Below, one piece after another: positions 39,341-48,139 of a stretch of 64,000 nucleotides of DNA (positions within the stretch are counted from its first letter, which is position 1; the number at the start of each line of letters is the position of its first letter). The stretch lies in contig JABIVD010000007.1 of assembly GCA_018667335.1 (NCBI GenBank), positions 80,425-144,424 of the forward strand. Direction: 5' to 3'. The DNA comes from Rhodospirillaceae bacterium. Its GTDB lineage: Bacteria > Pseudomonadota > Alphaproteobacteria > UBA6615. A program made the translations under genes and the position numbers. Below the pieces are notes generated by a model, which was given only the letters and a program-made list of their open reading frames with translations, was not told the origin of the DNA and searched no databases.

Positions 39341-40345
39341 CTATTCCAGCGCCGGCATGACCTCATCACGGAAGACGCGCAAGGAGTCCCGCGACCCCGT
39401 GACGTCAATCAGCAGGACATATTCGATGCCGCCCGCGCGCATGCGCTGAAGCCGCTCGACGATCTCCTCGGGCGGGCCGATCAACGCGCCTTCTTCCGTG
39501 GCCAACCGCGTGTCGTTGTATTGCAGCATCGTCGACTGGGGGCCGCCGCCCTCGCGGATCCGCGACAGGCGCGAAATCCCGCTCAGAAGCCGCGCACGCT
39601 GCTGGTGCGCCTGCTCGCGCTCGGCCTCGCTGTGGGTGATGTAGAGCGCCCGGGCGACGGCCACATTCATCGGGTCGAACACCCGGCCCGCGCCTTCCAC
39701 CGCGTCGCGATAGGTCGTGAACCGCTCCTGGATCACCTCGAACGAGGCGATCTGGTCGAGCAACAGGTTGAAATTGTTCTCCGCCGCCCAGCGCAGACCA
39801 CCGGGGCTGCCCGCCGCCAGCCACAGGGGCGGGTGCGGCCGCTGGATCGGCGGCGGTTCGACGACGATGTCCTGGAACGTCCAGTGTTTGCCGATATGGG
39901 TGAACCGTTCCTCGGACGTCCAGGCCCGCCGGATCACCTCGAGGGATTCCTCAAACAGTTCCTGCGCATCCGCCGGCGCGACATTGAAGCCGTTGAACTC
40001 GTTGGCGCGGTAGCCCTTGCCGACGCCGAACTCCAGCCGCCCGCCCGACAGAAGGTCGACGGTCGCCGCCTGCTCGGCCAGCAGGACGGGGTTGTGCCAG
40101 GGCAGGACGACCACGGCCGTGCCCAGGCGCATCCGCGTCGTGCGGGCCGCGAGATACGTCAGCAGGTTGAGCGAAGCCGACACCTGGCCGAAGCCGGTGA
40201 AGTGATGCTCGACCAGGAACACCGAGTGATAATCGAGCTCCTCGGCCTCCTCGACATAGCCGATGAAGTCCCGGTAGCCCTGGGTGCTGTCGCGTGCGAC
40301 CCCGCCGCGCCGCGACGAGGCGCCGCCAAACAGTCCGAACTTCAT
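39341..40345 (-). CDS. LLM-class (luciferase-like) flavin-dependent oxidoreductase
   Basis: MKFGLFGG...DYHSVFLVEHHFTGFG, a typical LLM N-terminus. Confidence 0.75.
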   Translation of the reverse strand: MKFGLFGGASSRRGGVARDSTQGYRDFIGYVEEAEELDYHSVFLVEHHFTGFGQVSASLNLLTYLAARTTRMRLGTAVVVLPWHNPVLLAEQAATVDLLSGGRLEFGVGKGYRANEFNGFNVAPADAQELFEESLEVIRRAWTSEERFTHIGKHWTFQDIVVEPPPIQRPHPPLWLAAGSPGGLRWAAENNFNLLLDQIASFEVIQERFTTYRDAVEGAGRVFDPMNVAVARALYITHSEAEREQAHQQRARLLSGISRLSRIREGGGPQSTMLQYNDTRLATEEGALIGPPEEIVERLQRMRAGGIEYVLLIDVTGSRDSLRVFRDEVMPALE

Positions 40346-40394
40346 CCGATCATCATTCCTGCGGTCACCATTTCCGGCCGTGCCATCTCGAACG

Positions 40395-41396
40395 CTAGTT
40401 GCGCACCCGCTCGCGCTTGCCGCTCTTGGCGGATTTCACCAGCGCCTCGAGCACTGCGACGTTGCCGATGCGCTCGACGTCGGTGAACATGTACTCCTTC
40501 TTGCCGGCCACGGCGTCGGCCCAGGCCTCGAAGTTCATCTTCACCGTGTCGCGCGGCTTGTAGACCTTGCGCGTGCGCTTCTTGCCCGCGATGGAGATGT
40601 CCATGTAGGTGTCATCCCAGTCTTCCGGGTGCGCGACATCGTGGATCTCGACCCAGCCCTTGCTGCCGAACACCGCGAAACGGGCGTAGTAGGGCGTCTT
40701 CGAGACGACGTTGATGGTGCCCAGCGTGCGATCCTTGAACTGGAACTGTGTGGTCACGACATCGCCGCTGGGCAGGTCGAGAACCCGGCGGTCCGACGCC
40801 GCGTTGATCCACTGGATCGGCCCGAACATGGAGATCATCATGTCGGTCAGATGCACGCCCATGCCGGTCCAGCCGGCGGCGGGCGCATCCTTGGGGTTGC
40901 CGCGCCAATTGTCCTTCTTGAGGGGCGTGAACTTGTCGTGGGAGTTGTTGGCCTCGACCGCGATGATGGTGCCGAGTTCCTTCTTGGCGACCATCTCGGC
41001 CATCTTCATCCAGGCCGGCTCGTAGCGGCGCTCATGGCCGAGCCCGAGCACCAGGCCCCGGTCGCGGCACGCCTTGACCATCTTCTTGGCACTCGCCGAC
41101 GTCAGCGACAGCGGTTTTTCACAGAAGATCTGCTTGTTCGCCCGGGCCGCCTGCATCAGCAGCGCCTCATGGGTCGTGTGCGGGGTGGTCAGGATGACGC
41201 CGTCCACGTTGGGGTCCTTGAGCGCCTCGGCATAGTCGCTCGTCAGCTCGAAGCCGCAGTTCTTGGCGAGCTTGCGCGTGGCCGCTGTGGGGTTGAGCTC
41301 GACGCCGCGCACGACACGCAGCTTGCGGTTTCCCTGCAGGGCGTTGGCAACATGGCTGCCCCACCAACCCAGCCCGATGACGGCGACGTTCAACAT
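40395..41396 (-). CDS. Gfo/Idh/MocA family oxidoreductase
   Basis: MLNVAVIGLGWWGSHV Rossmann N-terminus. AGGAG SD. Confidence 0.8.
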   Translation of the reverse strand: MLNVAVIGLGWWGSHVANALQGNRKLRVVRGVELNPTAATRKLAKNCGFELTSDYAEALKDPNVDGVILTTPHTTHEALLMQAARANKQIFCEKPLSLTSASAKKMVKACRDRGLVLGLGHERRYEPAWMKMAEMVAKKELGTIIAVEANNSHDKFTPLKKDNWRGNPKDAPAAGWTGMGVHLTDMMISMFGPIQWINAASDRRVLDLPSGDVVTTQFQFKDRTLGTINVVSKTPYYARFAVFGSKGWVEIHDVAHPEDWDDTYMDISIAGKKRTRKVYKPRDTVKMNFEAWADAVAGKKEYMFTDVERIGNVAVLEALVKSAKSGKRERVRN

Positions 41397-41599
41397 GCGG
41401 ATTCACTCCTGAATATTTGCTCTGGTTCTCGCCCCGAGCGGGGCTTTCTGATTTTCTTCCCTTGCGGGATCGCCAGAACCTAGCATGACGCCTATCGGCC
41501 CAAAAGCCGCTGCGCTAGTGCCTGCACTACAGAGCGGCGCGCAGCGGCGCACGTCTGCGCGGTTGCTTGCCGGACGAAGCAACAGCTTCTCAACGATCT

Positions 41600-41616
41600 G
41601 TAAGTCTGACGTAAGT
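41600..41616 (+). promoter_or_regulatory. direct repeat GTAAGT-CTGAC-GTAAGT (11-bp periodicity), candidate response-regulator binding site
   Basis: Lies 55 nt upstream of the GTG start of the first island gene. OmpR-family regulators bind ~10-11 bp-spaced direct repeats. Confidence 0.2.
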
Positions 41617-41671
41617 TTGGCCTGCAAAATTCTGACCCATTCGCGTTTCCACAAACCGAAAGGGTCTTACT

Positions 41672-42310
41672 GTGCTGAAAGTTTTTCCTGCCGCTCTCGG
41701 CGGTGCCTGCGTTGTCCTGTCCCTGCTGACCAGTGTCGCGATTGCCGATGACGGCCTTACCTTCACAGTCATGCGCAACGGAGACGAGATCGGGACCCAC
41801 GAGATCGAAATAACCTCGCGCGGAGATCGCATGGAGGTCGAGATCGAGACAGAAGTGGCCGTGAAGCTGGCCTTTATCACCGTCTACAACTTTGACCACG
41901 AAGGACATGAGGTCTGGCAGGGTGGTCGGCTCGTTTCCTATGAGTCCCGCACGGACGATGACGGGACCGAGAAGTCGCTGCGCGCCAGAGCGGCTGGAGA
42001 TCATCTGGCCGTAGATGGTTCGGCGGCAAAGCGGAATGCGCCCGCTTCGGTCATCCCGGGCAGTCTCTGGAATCAGGCAACCGTGGCCCAAAGCAAGCTC
42101 ATGAATTCGCTGGATGGCAGCGAAATGGCGATCGCCGTCGCAGATCTGGGTGATGAAGATGTTGTGGCCGGCGGGAAATCTCTTCGTGCGCGGCACTATT
42201 CCCTGACCGGCGACCTACAGCGCGAGGTTTGGTACGATTCTGCGGGTCGGCTGGTGAAGGTTCGGTTTTCCGGCTCCGACGGCTCTGATATCCAGTATCT
42301 TCTGAAATAG
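41672..42310 (+). CDS. secreted/periplasmic hypothetical protein (first gene of low-GC island)
   Basis: GTG start with signal peptide MLKVFPAALGGACVVLSLLTSVAIA. No family recognised. Lies 44 nt upstream of the response regulator gene. Confidence 0.45.
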   Translation: MLKVFPAALGGACVVLSLLTSVAIADDGLTFTVMRNGDEIGTHEIEITSRGDRMEVEIETEVAVKLAFITVYNFDHEGHEVWQGGRLVSYESRTDDDGTEKSLRARAAGDHLAVDGSAAKRNAPASVIPGSLWNQATVAQSKLMNSLDGSEMAIAVADLGDEDVVAGGKSLRARHYSLTGDLQREVWYDSAGRLVKVRFSGSDGSDIQYLLK

Positions 42311-42353
42311 CTGTTCGGCTGGTTCGTGCAACGAGAGGAATCAGGTTGTTGTC

Positions 42354-43052
42354 ATGCGGGTTTTGCTGATCGAGGACAATGTTCGGCTTGCCGGTTTCGT
42401 CGCCAAGGCGCTCGGTGCTGCGGGCTTCACGACAGATCATTGTGATTGCGCGGGTGACGGCGAGGCAGCGCTCGATACTGTGAGCTATGAGGCGCTGGTG
42501 CTTGATCTGGGTTTACCCGACGATGACGGGATGAACGTGCTCCGGCGGGTGCGGATGCAGAGGCCCGAGTTACCGGTTCTGATCCTGACCGCGCGCGATG
42601 GCGTTGAAGACAGGGTGGGTGGCCTGAATGCCGGAGCTGACGACTACCTGCTCAAGCCCTTTGCCATGGAAGAACTCATCGCGCGCCTCAATGCGCTGAT
42701 GCGTCGTCCCGGTAGCGCACTGGGTCGACGGCTGATGATCGGCAATCTGACATTTGATTCGGTGGGTCGGGAAGTCACCGTCGCGGAAACCGTTCTGAGA
42801 CTCACACGACGAGAAATGTCTGTCCTCGAATTGCTCATGCGGCGTGCGGGAAGGGTCGTACCCAAGGACGCACTGGCCGAAAGCGTCTATGGGTTCGACG
42901 AAAATTTTGGAGCGAACTCGATTGAGGTCGCCGTTCACCGTTTGCGCAAGCATCTGGAAGAGTCCGGTGCAGACTCTAAAATCCAGACGCTACGCGGGAT
43001 CGGTTATTTGCTTGTGGAGCCCCCAAACGAGATCAACGAGGCGGCCTCGTGA
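42354..43052 (+). CDS. OmpR/PhoB-family response regulator
   Basis: Receiver domain with acidic pocket and phospho-Asp (LVLDLGLPDDDG), plus a winged-helix C-terminus. GAGGAA SD. Confidence 0.85.
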   Translation: MRVLLIEDNVRLAGFVAKALGAAGFTTDHCDCAGDGEAALDTVSYEALVLDLGLPDDDGMNVLRRVRMQRPELPVLILTARDGVEDRVGGLNAGADDYLLKPFAMEELIARLNALMRRPGSALGRRLMIGNLTFDSVGREVTVAETVLRLTRREMSVLELLMRRAGRVVPKDALAESVYGFDENFGANSIEVAVHRLRKHLEESGADSKIQTLRGIGYLLVEPPNEINEAAS

Positions 43053-44431
43053 GGCGCTCCCTTCTCGGGCAACTGGTCGTGCGGCTTCTGGCCGTAACGC
43101 TTTTCTTCATTGCCTTATGTGTCGGAGCACTGCTGTTTCAGTTCGTCGAGCAGGTCGAGACCCTGCGTGACCGCGACCTGTCGGGACAAGCGCGCGATAT
43201 CGCCAACCATCTCGAAGTGACCCCGGATGGACGCGCATCCCTGCGCCTGCCGGATGCGCTGCGTGACGCTTATGATTCCAGCAACGGTATGTTTCTATTT
43301 GCGGTCCTCGACGACTCCGGAGCCGCGATCTTTACCTCGCGCGATGCAGGTGGTCCGATCGCGATCGGACCGGATGGCGGTCCGGCGCCGGACGAACCGT
43401 TTCAGGTGAGCCGCGTGATTGAGGGTGGATCGGACGTTTTCTATGGCATTACGGTGCCGGTCACCCGGGCGGAAAAGGCATTCTTCATTCAGGTCGCACA
43501 GGGACCCGGGCATTCGGATGCGCTGGCCGACGAGTTTCTCAACGAGCTCTGGGAATATGCGGGGTGGCTGCTCGCGATTCTTGTGATCCTGATTCTGGGT
43601 GTCGTCTATATAACCGTCCGGTCATCGCTGCGCCCGGTCACTGAAATATCGCGCCAGGCTGCTGCAATCACGCCGGCAACACTCCATGCCCGTTTAGGGG
43701 TGCGGGACCTCCCGCGCGAGCTCAGTCCTCTCGTTGAAGCTGTTAACAACGCCTTCGAGCGGATCGAGACCGCCTACCGTCAGCAGCGCGAGTTCACCGA
43801 CAATGCGGCGCACGAGATGCGCACACCTCTGGCTGTGCTTCGCGCGCATATAGAGAGCCTCAATCTCACTGATACTCTTTTGCCCGATGTTCTGCGGCTT
43901 GAACGGATTGTGGAGCAACTCTTGCGCTTGGCGCGGGCAGACAATCTGGCTCTGGCCAGCGATGCGCGGACTGACCTTAATCTTGTGGCCACTCAGGTGG
44001 CCGAGATGCTCGCGCCGGACGCCGTGCGTCGTGGTGTGGATTTTGGGCTGGAGCCGTCCGGTCAACCCGTCATCGTCCGCGGGGATGGTGACTATCTGTT
44101 TATTGCACTGCGTAATCTCGTGGAGAATGCCTTCAATGCTGCGGGACGGAGCGGGCGCGTGCAGATCATGGTGACCGATCCGGCAACAATCCGTGTCGTA
44201 GATTCGGGCCCGGGTATCCCGGTTGCCGACCGAGACCGGGTATTCGAGCGATTCTGGCGTGCCGATACCGCTTCTGATACAGGCGCGGGCTTGGGACTTT
44301 CCATCGTACGCCAGATAGTCGAGACCCATGGCGGATCCTGCACGGTCGGCGCAGATTCCGGGGGCGGTGCGGTTTTCACGATAAATCTACAGGCCGTTTC
44401 TCCTGCCCCGGAAAAAACTTCGGCCCTGTAA
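43049..44431 (+). CDS. sensor histidine kinase (TM - periplasmic - TM - HAMP - HisKA - HATPase_c)
   Basis: H-box AAHEMRTPLAVL and G-box GAGLGLSIV. Overlaps the RR stop. Confidence 0.85.
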   Translation: MRRSLLGQLVVRLLAVTLFFIALCVGALLFQFVEQVETLRDRDLSGQARDIANHLEVTPDGRASLRLPDALRDAYDSSNGMFLFAVLDDSGAAIFTSRDAGGPIAIGPDGGPAPDEPFQVSRVIEGGSDVFYGITVPVTRAEKAFFIQVAQGPGHSDALADEFLNELWEYAGWLLAILVILILGVVYITVRSSLRPVTEISRQAAAITPATLHARLGVRDLPRELSPLVEAVNNAFERIETAYRQQREFTDNAAHEMRTPLAVLRAHIESLNLTDTLLPDVLRLERIVEQLLRLARADNLALASDARTDLNLVATQVAEMLAPDAVRRGVDFGLEPSGQPVIVRGDGDYLFIALRNLVENAFNAAGRSGRVQIMVTDPATIRVVDSGPGIPVADRDRVFERFWRADTASDTGAGLGLSIVRQIVETHGGSCTVGADSGGGAVFTINLQAVSPAPEKTSAL

Positions 44432-44505
44432 GTTTGTTGTAAGCACCACACCGCATCTTTGCCCCAACGCTCACCTCCCGAGCGTTCCACCACAGCGGGC
44501 ATGTA

Positions 44506-45096
44506 ATGCATTTTTCAATCATCTCCACGCAGCACCCGGATCGCGCACGAGCTGAATCCGGTATCGAGGACGTTTATCAGCGCCGTTACGGATGCTCGGT
44601 TCCGTCATTCGCGCCGCATCTTGCCGTTCTATCTGGCGCTGATGGCAATGTTCTGTGCGCTGCAGGTGTGCGACTTGGCGGAGAGCAATTTTTCTCTGAA
44701 TCCTACTTTGACACGCCTGCTGAGACTTTGGCGGCGAGGGCGTTGGGCCGTCCTGTCGACAGGTTCGAGATCGTCGAGATATCCACCCTGGCTGCCGTAC
44801 GGAGTTGTGCAGCCGGTCCGTTCCTCAGTCAGCTCGTCAATCGCACACGAGAACTGGGAACCAGCATGCTGTTGTTCACGGCAACCGGACGACTGCGGAC
44901 CTACCTTCAACGTAATGGTGTTTCTCTCATTGAGCTTTGTCCCGCTGATCCGGCCCGGCTTTCCGGGCAGGATGGCTGGGGGACTTACTTCGATCATGAT
45001 CCGGTTGTCTGTCTGTCTCCCGATACAGTCGCGCGCCCCTTCACCCTTGCCCCACCGGCCAGTCTGGCAGGTCAGCGTTTACGGGTTGCCGCCTGA
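44506..45096 (+). CDS. small GNAT-fold candidate acyltransferase (T_hemolysin / LuxI / FeeM-like clan)
   Basis: 196 aa. Core EIVEISTLAAV resembles the LuxI/N-acyl-amino-acid synthase EL-S-R-F-A motif. Family assignment is from memory and unverified. Confidence 0.4.
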   Translation: MHFSIISTQHPDRARAESGIEDVYQRRYGCSVPSFAPHLAVLSGADGNVLCAAGVRLGGEQFFSESYFDTPAETLAARALGRPVDRFEIVEISTLAAVRSCAAGPFLSQLVNRTRELGTSMLLFTATGRLRTYLQRNGVSLIELCPADPARLSGQDGWGTYFDHDPVVCLSPDTVARPFTLAPPASLAGQRLRVAA

Positions 45097-46610
45097 TGTC
45101 GGTCACGATTGGTAACCTTCGGGAATGGGCGCGGACCCGCGCGCAGGAACCGGCCCTTAATGACGGTACGATCCGGATCACCTACGGAGAGCTTGCAACG
45201 CGTGTCGGTGGGTTTGCAGCGGCGGCAAAAACGTTCCCAAAGATTGTCGGTGTCCTCGGAGAAAATTCCGTGGATTGGGTGATTGCCGATCTTGGTCTCA
45301 TGGCAGCCGGACGCACATTTGTGCCGTTGCCGACGAGTTTCTCGAAGACTCAATTGCAGCACGTCATCGCCGATGCCCGGGTCGGACTGGTTCTGCATGA
45401 TGTCGACTCCGCGCAGAAGGCGGCAGAGTTGGATGGCCAAACGCGAGGACTGGATGACCTGACCCGGCGCAGCGCGCCCCTGCGCGACGCGTCTATCGCA
45501 TCTGGGCTGCCCAACCGGATTATCTATACGTCGGGCACGACTGGCGCGCCCAAGGGCGTGAAAATTGGGCAGCCACAAATCGACTTTATGGCCCGTGCGC
45601 TGGCAGATGCCATCGGTGCAGGTCCGCAGGACCGCTACATGTCCGTTCTGCCCTTTGCGCTCCTGCTGGAACAACTCTGCGGCATTCATGTCCCGGTTCT
45701 GGTGGGGGGTGAAAGTCGGCTGGTGCCGTCGGTGGCGATCGCGACAGCGCGCGGCCAGCCATCCGATCTTGCGGGGGCTGCATTGGAAGTCCGCCCCACG
45801 GTCAGCGTCATGGTACCGGCGTTGCTGGGGTTGTGGCTTGCAGGCCTCGACCCCGTGGCTGGGGCACCCGACAGCCTGCGTTATGTCGCGGTGGGCGGGG
45901 CGCCGGTTGCACCCTGGCTCGCCCAGGCAGCATGGGAGGCGGGTATTCCTGTCCACGAAGGCTACGGCCTGTCCGAATGCACTTCGGTTGTCGCTCTCAA
46001 TCGCTTTGGCGAACGGGTTGCGGGGACGGTTGGCCGACCATTGGACGGGATAGACGTCACGATCAGCGAGACCGGAGAAATCATCGTGTCAGGCCCGTCG
46101 ATTATGGACGGATATCTGGGAGGCAAGAATGCTTCGGCCAGTTTGTTGACGGGTGATTTGGGGGCGATCACGCCGGCGGGACATCTGGTTGTTCATGGTC
46201 GGTGCGACAATGTTCTGGTGACCGCATTCGGTCGCAATGTCAGTCCGGAATGGATTGAGCCCATGCTGATCGCTGATCCCCGCATAGAGCAGGCGGTCGT
46301 TCTTCTGGACAGTGAATTGAAACTGACGGCCCTGCTCGGCCTCAATGACGAAGGCATGGCGTGGGCGGCCCGGATGGCCCCGGACGAACTTACCCAGCAC
46401 GTAGTGGCGTTGTGCCGGGATGCCCCGGCTTATGCCCGCCCCGAACGAGTTGCGATCCGTCCGGTGAATGATCTTCTCACCAGCGGTGTTGTGGGGCCAG
46501 GCGGGCATATCGACCGCCGCTGCGCTGTGGACTGCCTGCCCGACATCGATGCCCGGTGCGTGACGAATCCTATGGATGAAACCCGGAACATGGAAAGTGA
46601 AACCGTATGA
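45096..46610 (+). CDS. ANL-superfamily adenylate-forming ligase (acyl/aryl-CoA ligase-like)
   Basis: A3 YTSGTTGAPKGV, A5 GYGLSECTS, A7 TGDLG and A8 GRCDNVLVTAFGRNVSPEWIE. The A10 Lys is apparently not conserved (see finding on the adenylation lysine). Start overlaps the upstream stop. Confidence 0.8.
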   Translation: MSVTIGNLREWARTRAQEPALNDGTIRITYGELATRVGGFAAAAKTFPKIVGVLGENSVDWVIADLGLMAAGRTFVPLPTSFSKTQLQHVIADARVGLVLHDVDSAQKAAELDGQTRGLDDLTRRSAPLRDASIASGLPNRIIYTSGTTGAPKGVKIGQPQIDFMARALADAIGAGPQDRYMSVLPFALLLEQLCGIHVPVLVGGESRLVPSVAIATARGQPSDLAGAALEVRPTVSVMVPALLGLWLAGLDPVAGAPDSLRYVAVGGAPVAPWLAQAAWEAGIPVHEGYGLSECTSVVALNRFGERVAGTVGRPLDGIDVTISETGEIIVSGPSIMDGYLGGKNASASLLTGDLGAITPAGHLVVHGRCDNVLVTAFGRNVSPEWIEPMLIADPRIEQAVVLLDSELKLTALLGLNDEGMAWAARMAPDELTQHVVALCRDAPAYARPERVAIRPVNDLLTSGVVGPGGHIDRRCAVDCLPDIDARCVTNPMDETRNMESETV

Positions 46611-47290
46611 GTTTTTTCGATCAGCTTGAATCTGAGACCAGTGAGGCTCGTGAGCGTTTCACCCGTATCCCTGTCATTTCACGCGCTCTGGCCGAGGGAG
46701 TCCCGATGGATCTGTACGTGTCCTATCTCGGGCAAGCCTATCACCATGTTCGCCACACCTGTCCGCTCCTCAGGGCGGCATTGGACAGATGTAATTCGGA
46801 AGACCGGGCGCTTGCCGGTGCCTTGCGCGAGTACATCCTTGAGGAAGAAGGCCACGAAGCCTGGATTCTCGATGACATCCGCGATCTCGTCGGACCCGCT
46901 ACGGTGGAGCACACCATCGAATACGAGGGCGATCCGCCCGTGCGTGCGCTGGTAGGCTTCATGTATGACGCCATCGCACGGCGTGGGCCCCATGCCATGC
47001 TCGGCATGGTCCATGTGCTTGAGGGTATGTCGGTCCAGCTGGCTGAAAAAGCAGCCGCGGCCATTGCCGGTCATATCGGCGAGACGCCGGACCAGGGGTT
47101 TCGATACATGATGTCTCACGGCAGTCTCGATCAGGAGCATGTCGTTTTCTTTCGAGACCTTGTTAACGACATATCGGACCCGGCCTCGCAGGCGCAGATC
47201 ATCGATACCGCGAACATGGTCTACTACCTTTGGGGCCGCATGTTCGACGAGCTTGACCAAAGCAATGAAGGTGCCTCCCGTGCCGCATGA
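46607..47290 (+). CDS. heme-oxygenase-like diiron oxidase (HDO; CADD/PqqC/TenA_C fold)
   Basis: Ligand-like pattern E...EEGH, then (56 aa) VLEG, then (32 aa) SHGSLDQEH, which is H-x3-D-x2-H. A Lys lies 9 residues after the second Glu. 4-nt overlap with the ligase gene. Confidence 0.5.
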   Translation: MSFFDQLESETSEARERFTRIPVISRALAEGVPMDLYVSYLGQAYHHVRHTCPLLRAALDRCNSEDRALAGALREYILEEEGHEAWILDDIRDLVGPATVEHTIEYEGDPPVRALVGFMYDAIARRGPHAMLGMVHVLEGMSVQLAEKAAAAIAGHIGETPDQGFRYMMSHGSLDQEHVVFFRDLVNDISDPASQAQIIDTANMVYYLWGRMFDELDQSNEGASRAA

Positions 47291-48065
47291 TCAGCCGGTG
47301 ATCGTCATTACGGGTGCGGGAAGCGGCATCGGACGTGAGTTGGCGCTAATGGCCGGACGGCGGGGTGCAAGGCTTGTTCTTATCGGACGGAGACATTCAG
47401 CACTTGAGGTCACGGCGGCTCAACTCTCAGGCCATCAAGTGGATACGTTCCAACTGGATGTCACCGACCCTTCGGGTTGCGCGCGCCTGGCGGAATTCCT
47501 CGAACCGAAATACGGTCGGGTTGATGTGCTGGTGAACAACGCGGGACGTATTCTCGTTGGCCCGGTCGGGGATATTGAACCGACAGACGTTTCGGCCATG
47601 CTTGAGACCAATGTTCTGGGTCCGATTCTATTGACGACGCGCCTGCTGCCGCTCCTACGTCGCAGCGATCAGGGCCATATCGTCAACGTTGGCTCGATGC
47701 TGGGCGATATTGCGATGCCCATGTTCGCGGCTTATGCCGCCAGCAAGTTCGGTCTGCGCGGATGGTCAGACGGCTTGCGGCGCGAGCTACGACATGAGGG
47801 CATAAAGGTGACCTACGCTGCGCCACGCGCAACGCAGACCTCTGCGGCGTCCGCTTTTGAACATCTGATTGAGCCGTTTGGGATGAAGGTGGACGTACCC
47901 GAAGCTGTTGCACTGCGCATCTGGCGTGATGTCCAGAAGGGCCGTGCAACAAGCTATCCATTCGGTGTCGAGCGGTTCGCACGTAGCCTTCAGGCATTCG
48001 TTCCGGGCGTGATTGACCGGGTGCTTTCCGGGCAGTTCAAGAAAACAGGGCCCGCAACTTTGTGA
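47265..48065 (+). CDS. SDR family oxidoreductase
   Basis: ITGAGSGIGRELA and YAASKFG. Start is ATG 47265 or GTG 47280; both overlap the HDO gene's 3' end. Confidence 0.8.
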   Translation: MKVPPVPHDQPVIVITGAGSGIGRELALMAGRRGARLVLIGRRHSALEVTAAQLSGHQVDTFQLDVTDPSGCARLAEFLEPKYGRVDVLVNNAGRILVGPVGDIEPTDVSAMLETNVLGPILLTTRLLPLLRRSDQGHIVNVGSMLGDIAMPMFAAYAASKFGLRGWSDGLRRELRHEGIKVTYAAPRATQTSAASAFEHLIEPFGMKVDVPEAVALRIWRDVQKGRATSYPFGVERFARSLQAFVPGVIDRVLSGQFKKTGPATL

Positions 48066-48139
48066 GTCGCGACACTGATCGCTGAAAGTGGGACAAAGAC
48101 AATCATGTTGCCTCACGAATTCTGCAATGAGCTCTCGAA

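Noticed and set aside
41431-41460. Hairpin GCCCCGAGCGGGGC followed by T-rich tract on the + strand, resembling an intrinsic terminator
   Set aside because: No + strand gene ends nearby (the nearest + gene ends at 39258). It lies in the 5' leader region of the minus-strand Gfo/Idh/MocA gene, so it is more likely a leader hairpin or coincidental. Kept only as a note.
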